Shown piece after piece: positions 19,942 through 30,389 of a DNA stretch of 64,000 nucleotides (positions within the stretch are counted from its first letter, which is position 1; each line of letters begins with the position of its first letter). Below the pieces are notes generated by a model. The model saw only the letters and a list, made by a program, of their open reading frames with translations. It had not been told where the DNA came from and did no database searches. Position numbers and translations under genes: made by a program. Where the stretch lies: positions 7,678 through 71,677 of the forward strand of contig CABRLN010000004.1 in the NCBI GenBank assembly GCA_902471875.1, in the 5' to 3' direction. Origin of the DNA: an uncultured Clostridium sp. (GTDB lineage Bacteria > Bacillota > Clostridia > Oscillospirales > Acutalibacteraceae).

Positions 19942-20523
19942 ATGAAGAAAACAGCGATTTTAATTGCTATGATGCTTGTAGTAATTTCTGTTTCTTTTGG
20001 TACTACAGGTTGTAATAACGGAAATGGTTCAGAAGCAACAGAGCCTTCAGCTACTCCAATAGCTACAGTTGCACCTACTGTAGCTCCTACACAGGCACCT
20101 ACATCGCCGACAAGTGCAACAGATTCAACAGGTCCTACACAGGCTCCTACACAGGCCGCTACATTTAAGGCAAATATAGCTACAAGTGCTATATCATCTA
20201 CATTGCCTTCTGAAACAGCTACAGATGAAAATGGTGAGCCAATTACAGAACCGGCAGATGCTGAAAAACCAACAGCTTCACCTAATTCATCAGGCAGTTT
20301 AGGAGAGCCTGATGCTAACGGAAATTATGTACTGACAGGTACTGTTACAGGACACGGTGGTTCAACTGTGGTAATAATGCTGGGTGACGGTAATGAGTAC
20401 GAGTTTGATTACAGCAGCACTGGTCTTACATATGACGATATTGCAGACGGTTCAACAATTACGGTAATATCTGACGGTGACCCAAGCGGTGCCGGTGTAC
20501 CTAATGCAGTTTCGATTTCTTAA
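19942..20523 (+). CDS. Lipoprotein with Pro/Thr/Ala-rich linker and small C-terminal beta domain
   Basis: Lipobox FGTTGC, low-complexity region APTVAPTQAPTSPT. I prefer the MKKTAIL start (GGAGGA SD) over the track TTG at 19933. Confidence 0.7.
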   Translation: MKKTAILIAMMLVVISVSFGTTGCNNGNGSEATEPSATPIATVAPTVAPTQAPTSPTSATDSTGPTQAPTQAATFKANIATSAISSTLPSETATDENGEPITEPADAEKPTASPNSSGSLGEPDANGNYVLTGTVTGHGGSTVVIMLGDGNEYEFDYSSTGLTYDDIADGSTITVISDGDPSGAGVPNAVSIS

Positions 20524-20545
20524 TTTAATTTATTAGTAAAAAAAT

Positions 20546-20577
20546 GCACTCTATGCTAAGGCATAGGGTGCATTTTT
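20546..20577 (+). terminator. Intrinsic terminator after lipoprotein gene
   Basis: Hairpin GCACTCTATGC-taag-GCATAGGGTGC followed by TTTTT. Confidence 0.85.
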
Positions 20578-20772
20578 ATTTTGTTAACTCATTAAATATT
20601 ATTTAGGCAAAAAGTATCTTAATGGGTGGAAATGACCCTAACCACATCATAATCCTTGATAGGTTATTACCTACCTGCGTTATTGTCATTGCTTTGAACA
20701 AATTTTGTCGGACAATCTATTCAATGGTTCAAAAGGTATTTAGTATAAATAGCTAATAAATCAGTTAAGCAT

Positions 20773-21783
20773 TTACTGACATTCAAAGTAAATATTTGTT
20801 CTCATTACTTCCTCAGGAGGCGTTTGGCTTTGATTATATGCCAAAAGTGCTTTAATATAAGCACTTTCTTGTGAAATATTGTACAGCTTATTAATATTAA
20901 GCCTATCAATTTCACAGCTTGTGGCATATTCGTCTTTTTTGTTTTTATATGAGGCAAGATAAACAGGTTTGCCACATTGATTACAGTGCTTTATAAAATT
21001 AAGAATATTAGTGTCTGTTCCTGCTGTGCATGCTGTCGCTGAATGATACATATAAACTACAACGGCTTTAATGGTTTCAAGACTGTAACCGCTAAAGCAT
21101 TGGTTAGGGTAGGTTTTTATAAGAAGAATGTTGTCTTTTATAAAAGGTGCTTTGGTAAAAAGTTTTTCTTTTTTCTGTTTAATATACAAAAGCAATTCTT
21201 CATTTATATCTGTAATAGTATTGTTTTGTACCTGCGCAGCTACTCCGTTGCCAAATGGGGTAAATTGGTCGGTAATAGGGTCTGCTTCAACTATTCTTGT
21301 AGCTAAATATATTTGTGTGTTATTTGGCTTTCCATATGCTGTAAATACTCCGGATGATATTTTGCTTTTAATAAACTCAACACAGGCTGAAAAGTTGCTT
21401 AATCCGTTTGAGTTAGGGTTAGAAAGAGGGTGGTCAGCTGCTGTAAGAATTATAGGCAGATTTAAATTGTTTAACAGCATACCCACCAAAGCAGAGGTAT
21501 AAGAAAGTGTGTCAGAACCATGAGTAATAATAACACCGTCATAGTTTTCAAAATTACAACTGTACAGGTATTTTATAAGAGTATTGTAAGTATTTGCCGT
21601 ATAATTTTCGCTTAATATTGTAAAAGGCTGTATTGTAGTGAATTCAATACTATTTTCGGGGTATGCTTGGTTATAAAGGTTTAAAATGTCATATGCCGTG
21701 CTGCTGTCAGCGTTTATAACATTGTCTTCAATTTTACAGGCTATAGTTCCGCCTGTAAGAATAAGTAAAATTTTCATAAGCAT
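20773..21783 (-). CDS. ansA: L-asparaginase (type I, cytoplasmic-like)
   Basis: N-terminal ILTGGTIA catalytic Thr motif, HGSDTLSYT, about 336 aa. The exact start (21783 or 21777) is uncertain. Confidence 0.85.
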   Translation of the reverse strand: MLMKILLILTGGTIACKIEDNVINADSSTAYDILNLYNQAYPENSIEFTTIQPFTILSENYTANTYNTLIKYLYSCNFENYDGVIITHGSDTLSYTSALVGMLLNNLNLPIILTAADHPLSNPNSNGLSNFSACVEFIKSKISSGVFTAYGKPNNTQIYLATRIVEADPITDQFTPFGNGVAAQVQNNTITDINEELLLYIKQKKEKLFTKAPFIKDNILLIKTYPNQCFSGYSLETIKAVVVYMYHSATACTAGTDTNILNFIKHCNQCGKPVYLASYKNKKDEYATSCEIDRLNINKLYNISQESAYIKALLAYNQSQTPPEEVMRTNIYFECQ

Positions 21784-21977
21784 TCTCTCTCTTTGATATA
21801 TTTAAAATTATTATAGCATAACATATGTGATAAATACAAAAAATAATAAGGTATCTTGAAAGAATAAAATTCAAATATAATTACGGTTGTTTTTTACTGA
21901 TATAGATGCCCCACATATGCAGCAATGGTTATTATTAGATAGGTGCTATCTGAAAAATTGTGATGATATATTTAGTG

Positions 21978-22005
21978 TTGACATTTGTATAAAATGAGTT
22001 ATAAT
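21978..22005 (+). promoter_or_regulatory. Sigma-A promoter of copA-csoR
   Basis: TTGACA (21978-21983), 16-nt spacer, TATAAT (22000-22005). Confidence 0.75.
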
Positions 22006-22013
22006 TAAATTGC

Positions 22014-22036
22014 ACCACCACCCGGTAGGGGTGGTA
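22014..22036 (+). promoter_or_regulatory. Candidate CsoR operator
   Basis: GC-rich inverted repeat ACCACCC-ggtag-GGGTGGT immediately downstream of the -10 element. It resembles C/G-tract pseudo-palindromes bound by CsoR in other Firmicutes, and csoR is in the same operon. Confidence 0.7.
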
Positions 22037-22056
22037 AAGAAAAGGATGTGATAAAT

Positions 22057-24615
22057 ATGTCTAAGAAGATTTTTACTGTTACCGGTATGACCTGTGCAAG
22101 CTGTAGTGCAAGAGTAGAAAAGGCAGTGTCTAAGCTTGCCGGTGTAAACCAAGCGGCTGTAAATTTACTTACAAACAGTATGGAGGTTAATTATGACGAA
22201 ACACAGCTTACCTCTGAAAATATTATTAAGGCAGTAGAAGACGCAGGCTATGGTGCAAGTGTTAAGAACAGTAAAAAAACAAATGCCAAAAGTAATGCAA
22301 CAGGTGTTGAAGATGAAGTAAAAAGTACCAAGCTAAGGCTAATTTGGTCTGTTGTGTTTTTAATACCGCTGTTTTATATTTCAATGGGGCATATGATGGG
22401 TTTGCCATTGCCTGAATTTATGCATGGTACACAAAATGCAATTACGTTTGCTTTTACTCAGTTTTTGTTTACCGTACCTATTGTATTTATAAATTTTCAT
22501 TATTTTAAAAATGGTTTTAAGAATATAGTCAAGCTAAGTCCTAATATGGATTCACTAATAGCTTTGGGGTCAACGGCGGCAGTAGTATATGGTATTGTTG
22601 CAATTTACCGTATTGGCTGGGGCTTGGGTCATAACGATATGGAACTTGTACACCAATATTCGATGGATTTATATTTTGAATCGGCAGGCACAATTTTAAC
22701 TCTTATAACCTTGGGTAAATTTCTTGAAAGCAAAGCAAAAAGAAAAACAACCGACGCTATTACAAAGCTTATTAATTTACGACCTCAAAGGGCTGTAGTT
22801 ATTCGAGACGGCAAAGCTATTGAGGTTTCTGTTGATGAGGTAACTGAAAATGATATTGTAGCTGTTAAACAGGGCAGTACAATGCCAGTTGACGGTGTAA
22901 TTGTAAACGGTAGCTGCATTGTTGATGAATCTATAATTACAGGCGAAAGTATGCCTGTTGAAAAAACTGTGGGTGATAATGTAATAGGTGCTACAATTAA
23001 CAAAAGTGGTTATGTAGAGGTTAAAGCCACAAAGATTGGCGAAAACAGTACCTTAAGTCAAATTATTAAATTGGTTGAGGAGGCTTCGGCTACCAAAGCA
23101 CCTGTTGCAAAGCTGGCAGATAAAATAAGCGGTGTATTTGTTCCAATAGTAATTGCAATTGCAGTTGTTTCGTCTGTGTTTTGGCTGTTGCTTGGTTATG
23201 GTGCAGAGTTTAGCTTATCAACAGGCATTGCGGTGCTGGTTATTTCTTGCCCTTGTGCATTAGGCTTGGCTACACCAACAGCTATTATGACGGGTACGGG
23301 CCGAGGAGCTCAAATGGGTGTTCTTATAAAATCTGCTGAGGCATTGCAAACTGCAGGGCATATAAACACCGTAGTGCTTGACAAAACAGGAACAATTACA
23401 ATGGGTAAGCCTTATGTTACAGATGTTATTACATTTGATGTAACCGAAAAATATCTGATAGATGTTGCAACCTCTGTTGAACAGTTTTCAGAGCATCCTC
23501 TTGCATATTCTGTAACAGAATATGGTAAAAAATGTAATTACACTAAAATAAATGTTACAAATTTTGAAAGCTACGGCGGTATGGGTGTTTCTGCCTCTGT
23601 TAATAATTCTGTGATATATGCAGGCAATATTAAGCTGATGAACAAAAATAATATTGATGTAAGTAAGTGCCAAAGTACAATAAGTCAGCTTTCGGCACAG
23701 GGTAAAACACCATTGTTTTTTGCCGAAAATAACAGTATAATTGGTATTATAGCAGTTGCCGATATTGTAAAAGACAGCAGTAAGCATGCAGTTAAAGAGC
23801 TTAAAAATATGAATATTGATGTTGTTATGCTTACAGGCGATAACAAATCAACTGCTAATGCCATTGGCAGAAGCTGTGGAATAGATAATGTAGTGGCAGA
23901 GGTGTTGCCGCAGGACAAAGAAGAAAAGGTAAGAGAGCTTCAGCAGAAAAAACGTATGGTTGCAATGGTAGGTGATGGAATTAACGATGCCCCCGCTCTT
24001 GCAAAAGCCGATGTAGGTGTTGCAATAGGTGCAGGCACAGACATTGCAATAGATTCAGCCGATGTTGTTTTGGTAAAAAGCAGTCTTATAGATGTTGTTA
24101 AACTAATTCAATTAAGCAGAGCTACTATGCGTAATATAAAAGAAAATTTGTTTTGGGCATTAATTTACAATGCAATAGGCATACCTTTGGCGGCGGGCGT
24201 ATTCTTTAGCTTGTTAGGTTGGAGGCTTAACCCTATGTACGGTGCTGCAGCAATGTGCTTTAGCTCGGTTTGTGTTGTACTAAATGCATTACGACTGCGT
24301 ACCTTTAAACCAAGGTTTAAGTATGCCGAAAGTAACAGCAATAGTAATAATGATTTATTAAAAATAAATAAAAGCAATATTAACAAAGAGGATAACAGAA
24401 AGGACGAAGAAACTATGACTAAAAAAGTAATTATTGAAGGTATGATGTGTAACCATTGTTTGGGAAGAGTTCAGCAGGTGCTGAATGAAATTGACGGTGT
24501 TACAGCAACAGTAAGTCTTGAAGAAAAATGTGCCACAGTTACAGGCAATGTAAGTGACGAAACAATTAAGTCTGTCATATCAAACGCAGGCTATACTGTG
24601 GTGGAGATTAAGTAA
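22057..24615 (+). CDS. copA: Copper-translocating P1B-type ATPase with N-terminal and additional C-terminal HMA domains
   Basis: GMTCASC (N-terminal HMA), CPC (SCPCALG), DKTGT, GDGINDAP. The C-terminal approximately 66 aa, MTKKVIIEGMMCNHC..., form a complete CopZ-like HMA domain joined in frame by an N/S/K-rich linker. Confidence 0.95.
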   Translation: MSKKIFTVTGMTCASCSARVEKAVSKLAGVNQAAVNLLTNSMEVNYDETQLTSENIIKAVEDAGYGASVKNSKKTNAKSNATGVEDEVKSTKLRLIWSVVFLIPLFYISMGHMMGLPLPEFMHGTQNAITFAFTQFLFTVPIVFINFHYFKNGFKNIVKLSPNMDSLIALGSTAAVVYGIVAIYRIGWGLGHNDMELVHQYSMDLYFESAGTILTLITLGKFLESKAKRKTTDAITKLINLRPQRAVVIRDGKAIEVSVDEVTENDIVAVKQGSTMPVDGVIVNGSCIVDESIITGESMPVEKTVGDNVIGATINKSGYVEVKATKIGENSTLSQIIKLVEEASATKAPVAKLADKISGVFVPIVIAIAVVSSVFWLLLGYGAEFSLSTGIAVLVISCPCALGLATPTAIMTGTGRGAQMGVLIKSAEALQTAGHINTVVLDKTGTITMGKPYVTDVITFDVTEKYLIDVATSVEQFSEHPLAYSVTEYGKKCNYTKINVTNFESYGGMGVSASVNNSVIYAGNIKLMNKNNIDVSKCQSTISQLSAQGKTPLFFAENNSIIGIIAVADIVKDSSKHAVKELKNMNIDVVMLTGDNKSTANAIGRSCGIDNVVAEVLPQDKEEKVRELQQKKRMVAMVGDGINDAPALAKADVGVAIGAGTDIAIDSADVVLVKSSLIDVVKLIQLSRATMRNIKENLFWALIYNAIGIPLAAGVFFSLLGWRLNPMYGAAAMCFSSVCVVLNALRLRTFKPRFKYAESNSNSNNDLLKINKSNINKEDNRKDEETMTKKVIIEGMMCNHCLGRVQQVLNEIDGVTATVSLEEKCATVTGNVSDETIKSVISNAGYTVVEIK

Positions 24616-24887
24616 TGCAATGCGATTGTAATAAGGTTTCTAACCTGTTGAAAACAGCAAGAGGTCAAATTGACGGTATTTTAAATATGATAGAAAACGA
24701 CCGTTACTGCGTTGACGTTATGACGCAAATAATGTCAACACAGGCAATACTAAAAAAGGTTAATTCAATTATTTTAAAGGGTCATATGGAGCATTGTGTA
24801 AATTCTGCATTTGAAAGTGGTAACCAACAGGAAAAAGACGAAAAAATAGAAGAAATTGTAAAGCTGCTGGACAAAATTAATAAATAA
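24615..24887 (+). CDS. csoR: CsoR-family copper-sensing repressor
   Basis: 90 aa. C-H-C ligand pattern (RYCVDV ... GHMEHC). The start overlaps the copA stop (TAATG). Confidence 0.9.
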   Translation: MQCDCNKVSNLLKTARGQIDGILNMIENDRYCVDVMTQIMSTQAILKKVNSIILKGHMEHCVNSAFESGNQQEKDEKIEEIVKLLDKINK

Positions 24888-24971
24888 TACAAAAAAATTA
24901 TTTTTTAATTGTATTTTATTGGCGGTTAAGTACTATAAAAATTGTATATTTTAAAAAATTTTTTAAAAGTA

Positions 24972-25000
24972 TTGCAATTTGTAATAGCCTGTGGTAAAAT
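24972..25000 (+). promoter_or_regulatory. Sigma-A promoter of rpmE (extended -10)
   Basis: TTGCAA, 17-nt spacer containing TGg, then TAAAAT. Confidence 0.6.
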
Positions 25001-25042
25001 TCTAATGTTACTACGGATAATATCGAAAGAGGTGAAACGGTA

Positions 25043-25249
25043 ATGAAAGAGGGTTTACATCCTAACTACAAGCAAACAACAATTACTTGTGCTTGCGGCA
25101 ATGTAATTGAAACAGGTTCAACAAAGGAAAACATTCGTGTTGAAATTTGCTCAAAGTGTCATCCTTTCTTCACTGGCAAGCAAAAGCTTGTTGATACAGG
25201 CGGACGCGTTGACAGATTTAACAAGCGTTTTGGTATGGCAAACAAATAA
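25043..25249 (+). CDS. rpmE: 50S ribosomal protein L31 (Zn-ribbon type A)
   Basis: MKEGLHPNY..., CxC...CxxCHPFFTG motif. Confidence 0.97.
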   Translation: MKEGLHPNYKQTTITCACGNVIETGSTKENIRVEICSKCHPFFTGKQKLVDTGGRVDRFNKRFGMANK

Positions 25250-25266
25250 TTATAGTTTTGTTTATT

Positions 25267-25294
25267 AAGCGACACAGCAATGTTTGTGTCGCTT
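25267..25294 (+). terminator. Intrinsic terminator after rpmE
   Basis: Hairpin AAGCGACACA-8 nt-TGTGTCGCTT followed by a T-rich tract. Confidence 0.8.
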
Positions 25295-25350
25295 ACTTTG
25301 TTTGTAGAGCTTTTTATTGGCTATTGGTATAAGGAGGGCGGACATTATAT

Positions 25351-25983
25351 ATGGTTGACACAAGCTATAAAACTGTGCTTGCGCAGGCAAATGACGAATT
25401 TGTTGAAAAAAGGTCACGCTTTATCGGTTATTGCAAGCCTGTTGCTACTGAAGAGGACGCACTTGCCTTTATAAATGAAATAAAAACTAAACATTGGGAC
25501 GCACGCCATAATGTTTACGCATATTGTCTGCGTGAGGGGCAAATAAAACGATATTCCGACGACGGAGAACCACAGGGTACAGCAGGTATGCCAACCCTTG
25601 ATGTCCTGTTAAAAAATCAGCTTACTGATGTTGCAGTGGTGGTTACAAGATATTTTGGCGGTGTTTTGCTGGGTACAGGCGGTTTGGTAAGGGCGTATTC
25701 CCATAGCGCAAAATTAGCAGTAGAGGCAGCAGGGATAGTAAAAATGGAAGAATGTCTTGTTTGTACTGTTAAATGTGACTATAACAGATACGGCAAGGTT
25801 TCAGCTTTAATTCCACAATGCGGCGGTGTGGTTGATGACAGTGCTTTTGCCGCCAATGTAGAAATTAGCTTCCACATTAACCAACAGGGGTTTAACAGTC
25901 TTTCTAAACAGCTTGCAGACGCTACCTGCGGTGATGTTATGCCTGTAGAGGAATTTAAGGAATATTTTGCAGTTACGAAATAA
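25351..25983 (+). CDS. yigZ: YigZ/IMPACT family protein
   Basis: RSRFIGY...HWDARHNVYAY...DDGEPQGTAG...VVVTRYFGGVLLGTGGL are signature blocks of this family. Confidence 0.9.
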   Translation: MVDTSYKTVLAQANDEFVEKRSRFIGYCKPVATEEDALAFINEIKTKHWDARHNVYAYCLREGQIKRYSDDGEPQGTAGMPTLDVLLKNQLTDVAVVVTRYFGGVLLGTGGLVRAYSHSAKLAVEAAGIVKMEECLVCTVKCDYNRYGKVSALIPQCGGVVDDSAFAANVEISFHINQQGFNSLSKQLADATCGDVMPVEEFKEYFAVTK

Positions 25984-26204
25984 AATTTTATTGTACACTA
26001 CTTTTTAATAATAGCACATTTTAATATATAATCACCAACATATACCGATTAATTTAATCTTATTTTTTAAATTTACAACAATAAATAAGAAAGTGAAAAA
26101 TTTTTTCAAAAAAATAAAGGGTTTTTAAGATTTTTTGCGTATATATCTATGAATAAGTCTTTAGCAATAATGATTTACATATAATTGTGTTGGAGGTGTA
26201 TATA

Positions 26205-27203
26205 GTGGATATTAGGGAAAGAACGGAGATTTGGGAGAAAGAAAAGCTGTCGCAATATGCTATGCTTGCCTGTAACAGCAAGGGCAGAAAAAAACAGGAT
26301 GATGTTTGCCCGGTGCGTACCTGTTACCAGCGTGACCGTGACCGAATAACACATTGCAAAGCCTTTAGAAGGCTAAAGCACAAAACACAGGTTTTTCTTT
26401 CGCCTGAAGGTGACCACTACAGAACACGTCTTACGCATACGCTTGAGGTTTCGCAAATAGCCCGTACTGTTGCAAGAGCGTTATGTCTTAATGAAGATCT
26501 TACTGAGGCTATATCTTTAGGGCACGATCTTGGTCATACGCCTTTTGGTCATGCAGGTGAAAGAGCCTTGAACAATATTTCTGAATGTGGGTTTCAGCAC
26601 TATAACCAAAGTGTGCGCGTTGTTGAAAAGCTTGAAAAAGACGGCAAAGGGTTAAACCTTACATATGAAGTTTTAAACGGAATTGAACGGCACACAAAGG
26701 GTGAATGGGCAAAAACTGCCGAAGGCAGGGTAGTACGCCACGCCGACCGTATTGCATATATTAACCACGATATTGATGACGCCATTCGTGCAGGGATTAT
26801 AAAAGAAAGTGATATTCCGAAGGAACTAACCAATATTTTGGGTGATTCTACAAGCAAACGCATAAGCACCCTTGTGTATTCCTTAATAAATAACAGCAAG
26901 GACGGACAGCTTAAAATGGATGACGAGGTTGCTTGGGCGTACGACAATATACACAGCTTTATGTTTGACCGTGTTTACAGTAGCTCACAGGCAAAATCGG
27001 AAGAAAAGAAAATACCGGATCTTGTTGAAAGACTGTTTGAATATTATAAACGCCATACAGAACTTTTGCACCCTGTAATGCAAAAAATTGCAGACGAAGA
27101 GGGTGTTGACAGGGCAGTATGCGACTATATAGCAGGTATGACAGACCAATATGCCATTCAGGCTTACAGCGACTTTTTTGTACCGAAGAGGTGGCAATTT
27201 TAA
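26205..27203 (+). CDS. dGTPase-like HD-domain triphosphohydrolase
   Basis: RDRDRITHCKAFRRLKHKTQVF, HYRTRLTHTLEV, GHDLGHTPFGH. I prefer GTG 26205 (GGAGGTG SD) over the track start at 26187. The context upstream of dnaG-rpoD fits. Confidence 0.9.
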   Translation: MDIRERTEIWEKEKLSQYAMLACNSKGRKKQDDVCPVRTCYQRDRDRITHCKAFRRLKHKTQVFLSPEGDHYRTRLTHTLEVSQIARTVARALCLNEDLTEAISLGHDLGHTPFGHAGERALNNISECGFQHYNQSVRVVEKLEKDGKGLNLTYEVLNGIERHTKGEWAKTAEGRVVRHADRIAYINHDIDDAIRAGIIKESDIPKELTNILGDSTSKRISTLVYSLINNSKDGQLKMDDEVAWAYDNIHSFMFDRVYSSSQAKSEEKKIPDLVERLFEYYKRHTELLHPVMQKIADEEGVDRAVCDYIAGMTDQYAIQAYSDFFVPKRWQF

Positions 27204-27260
27204 TATAAATATTATTTTTGAGCATTGAATATAATCTTGGGTTTAGGTAGGTGATAAGTT

Positions 27261-29030
27261 TTGGCTTTGCCCGAAGAATTTTTACAGGAATTAAGAGATA
27301 AAAATGAAATTACAGGTGTTGTTTCTTCTTATGTTAATTTAAAAAGGGCAGGCAGATTATACTCCGGCAGATGTCCTTTTCATAACGAAAAAACACCTTC
27401 CTTCTATATTTACCCCGACACACAGTCTTTTTATTGTTTTGGCTGCGGTGCAGGCGGTGAGGTAATAACCTTTATAAAAAAAATAGAAAATTTAGACTAC
27501 ATAGATGCAGTAAAGCTGTTGGCACAAAGGGCAGGTATGGAAATGCCCCAGAACTCCTACGACGACAGTATGGTAAAATTAAAAAGAAGAATTTACGAAA
27601 TTAACAGAGAAACCGCAAGGTTTTTTCACGGGTGCTTGCTTTCTGCTCAGGGTAGTGCAGGCTTAAGCTATTTAAAAAATCGCGGACTTACCGACAAAAC
27701 TATTAAGCGTTTCGGTTTGGGCTTTGCACCTGACAGGTCATTTGAACTTATTAATCACTTGCATAGCAAGGGTTACAGCGACACCGAACTTATTCAGGCG
27801 AATGTTGCAGCAAGGTCAAAAAATGGTTACATAATTTCACGTTTTTTTAATAGGGTTATGTTCCCTATAATAGACCTAAGAGGAAATGTTGTTGCTTTTG
27901 GCGGAAGAATTATGAGCGACCAAAAACCAAAGTACCTTAATACCTCTGACACACCTGTTTTTTCAAAAAGCAGTCAGCTTTTTGCACTTAATATGGCTAA
28001 AAATGTTAATACACGCCAGTTAATACTGGCTGAGGGATATATGGATGTAATAGCACTTCATCAGGCGGGCTTTGAAAATACTGTTGCCACCTTGGGTACG
28101 GCGCTTACACCGTCACAGGCAGATATTATGCGCAGATATGCCGATGAGGTGGTAATTTGTTATGATTCTGACGAGGCAGGAAGAAAAGCGTCTGACCGAG
28201 CTATTGCACTTTTAAGAAACGCAGGGTTGAAAATCCGGGTGGTTACCATACCGGGTGCGAAAGACCCTGACGAATTTATGAAATCACATGGTGACAAGGG
28301 ACCTGCCATTTTTAGGGTTTTACTTGAAAAAAGTGCAGGCGATATTGATTATAAGCTTGAGAAGCTGCTTGACAAATATAATATTACACAAACCCAGGGC
28401 AAGGTTGAATATCTTACCCAAGCTGCGGGTATTATAGCCCAGTCGGAAAATCCTATTGAAAGAGATATTTATATTTCTAACCTTAGTGAAAAGCTGGGGG
28501 TAAAAAAAGAGGCTATAAGCCAACAAGTTGAAAAAAAGCAAAAATATTCAAAACGGCAGCAAATAAAGCAAGACTTTCGCACCATTAACGATAATTTGTC
28601 TGCAAGACATGACAAAATTAATCCAGACAAAGCAAAAAATCAAAAGGCGGCTAAAGCAGAGGAATATTTAATTGCGTTTTTAATAAATAATCCCGATATG
28701 TGCCAGTATATAAGCAGTAAAATTACCGCTGACCTGTTGGCTACAGAATTTAATAAAAAAGTATTTAAGGTGGTGCAGGACAGGCTGTTAAGCGGTAAAG
28801 ACGCTACTTTAACAAGCATTTCGCAGGATTTTTCAGAAGAAGAGTTAAGCTATATAACAGCCTATGTTTCTACTGTATTGCCGGAAACACTGCACAAGCA
28901 GGCACTTGACCAGTGTATTGATGTGCTGAAAAACGAGCATGAAAAAAGACTGAAAAAAGATCCCAAAGAAATGTCTGATGATGATATGCTTAATTATTTT
29001 AAGAAAATGGGAAATATAAAAGGTAGCTAA
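27261..29030 (+). CDS. dnaG: DNA primase
   Basis: Zn-ribbon CPFHNEKTPSF...CFGCGAGG, TOPRIM EGYMDV...DSDEAG. TTG start. Confidence 0.97.
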   Translation: MALPEEFLQELRDKNEITGVVSSYVNLKRAGRLYSGRCPFHNEKTPSFYIYPDTQSFYCFGCGAGGEVITFIKKIENLDYIDAVKLLAQRAGMEMPQNSYDDSMVKLKRRIYEINRETARFFHGCLLSAQGSAGLSYLKNRGLTDKTIKRFGLGFAPDRSFELINHLHSKGYSDTELIQANVAARSKNGYIISRFFNRVMFPIIDLRGNVVAFGGRIMSDQKPKYLNTSDTPVFSKSSQLFALNMAKNVNTRQLILAEGYMDVIALHQAGFENTVATLGTALTPSQADIMRRYADEVVICYDSDEAGRKASDRAIALLRNAGLKIRVVTIPGAKDPDEFMKSHGDKGPAIFRVLLEKSAGDIDYKLEKLLDKYNITQTQGKVEYLTQAAGIIAQSENPIERDIYISNLSEKLGVKKEAISQQVEKKQKYSKRQQIKQDFRTINDNLSARHDKINPDKAKNQKAAKAEEYLIAFLINNPDMCQYISSKITADLLATEFNKKVFKVVQDRLLSGKDATLTSISQDFSEEELSYITAYVSTVLPETLHKQALDQCIDVLKNEHEKRLKKDPKEMSDDDMLNYFKKMGNIKGS

Positions 29031-29092
29031 GATTGTTTTTACAATAATATTTTTACAATATTATTTTACATGCAGATAAGGAAAAGAAAGGA

Positions 29093-30226
29093 ATGAAGGT
29101 TATGGCATTAACTAAACCTGACAAAAAAACTGTTATAAAAGAAATTATTGAAAAAGGTAAGGCAAACGGCAAGCTGACAACAAAAGAAATTTTTGATATA
29201 ATGGGCGAAATTGATTTTGAGCCTGAACAGTTAGAACGTTTATACGACCAGCTTGAAAAAGAGGGTATAGACATAGTAGAAGATTTAGTAGAAGACATTG
29301 GTGATATTTCTGACATAGAAATTACTAAAATAGAAAAAGCTTCTGAAAGCAACGGTGCTTTAAGTGATGATACTGACAACGTTACTGCTGACAATATAGC
29401 TATAGATGACCCTGTAAAGGTTTATCTTAAAGAAATAGGAAGAGTGCCTTTGCTGTCTTCTGAAGAGGAAATAGACCTTGCTGTAAGAATTAAAAACGGT
29501 GATGTTGCTGCTAAAAAAAGACTTTCAGAGGCTAACCTGCGTTTGGTTGTAAGTATTGCCAAAAGATACTTAGGCAGAGGTATGCAATTTTTAGACCTTA
29601 TTCAAGAGGGCAATCTTGGTTTAATTAAGGCTGTTGAAAAATTCGACCATACCAAGGGCTTTAAATTTTCAACATATGCTACGTGGTGGATAAGACAAGC
29701 TATTACAAGAGCAATTGCAGACCAGGCTCGTACTATAAGAATTCCTGTTCATATGGTTGAAACAATTAATAAGGTAAAAAAAGTTTCAAGTCAACTGTTG
29801 CATGCTAACGGTCATGAACCTACGGCTGAAGAGATTTCTGAAGAAATTGATATGCCTGTAGATAAGGTAAGAGAAATTATGCGTGTTGCACAAGAGCCGG
29901 TTTCGCTTGAAACTCCAATTGGCGAAGAGGAAGACAGCCACCTGGGTGACTTTATTTCTGATGATGACACACCTGCACCGGCAGATGTTGCCTCGCACAC
30001 ATTGCTAAAGGAACAGCTTGGTGACGTACTTGATACACTTACTCCAAGAGAGAAAAAGGTTTTAATACTTCGCTTTGGTTTGCTTGACGGTCGTTCAAGA
30101 ACTCTTGAAGAGGTTGGAAAAGAGTTTAATGTAACCCGTGAACGTATAAGACAGATTGAAGCTAAAGCTTTAAGAAAACTGCGTCACCCAAGCCGTAGCA
30201 AAAAATTGAAGGATTTTTTGGATTGA
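29093..30226 (+). CDS. rpoD: Primary sigma factor RpoD/SigA
   Basis: Regions 1.2 to 4.2, including [17 protein letters not shown] and [29 protein letters not shown]. Confidence 0.98.
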   Translation: MKVMALTKPDKKTVIKEIIEKGKANGKLTTKEIFDIMGEIDFEPEQLERLYDQLEKEGIDIVEDLVEDIGDISDIEITKIEKASESNGALSDDTDNVTADNIAIDDPVKVYLKEIGRVPLLSSEEEIDLAVRIKNGDVAAKKRLSEANLRLVVSIAKRYLGRGMQFLDLIQEGNLGLIKAVEKFDHTKGFKFSTYATWWIRQAITRAIADQARTIRIPVHMVETINKVKKVSSQLLHANGHEPTAEEISEEIDMPVDKVREIMRVAQEPVSLETPIGEEEDSHLGDFISDDDTPAPADVASHTLLKEQLGDVLDTLTPREKKVLILRFGLLDGRSRTLEEVGKEFNVTRERIRQIEAKALRKLRHPSRSKKLKDFLD

Positions 30227-30273
30227 TATTTTCTGAATTTATATATTATAAGGGCAATATTTTTAATAAAGAA

Positions 30274-30315
30274 AAAGCTCACCTAAGTTAACAAACTAGG
30301 GTGAGCTTTCTATTT
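30274..30315 (+). terminator. Intrinsic terminator after rpoD
   Basis: Hairpin AAAGCTCACCTA...TAGGGTGAGCTTT followed by CTATTT. Confidence 0.8.
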
Positions 30316-30389
30316 GCGTTAGTATATTTGTGTTAGCAATAAATGAATATTATAAATTATAATTTATCTGTTTTTCAGCAATTAATCTT

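Noticed and set aside
29053-29394. 113-aa Ser-rich ORF antisense to the rpoD 5' region.
   Set aside because: It is the mirror image of the acidic region 1.1 codons of rpoD (GAA/GAT read as TTC/ATC), so it is a compositional artefact.
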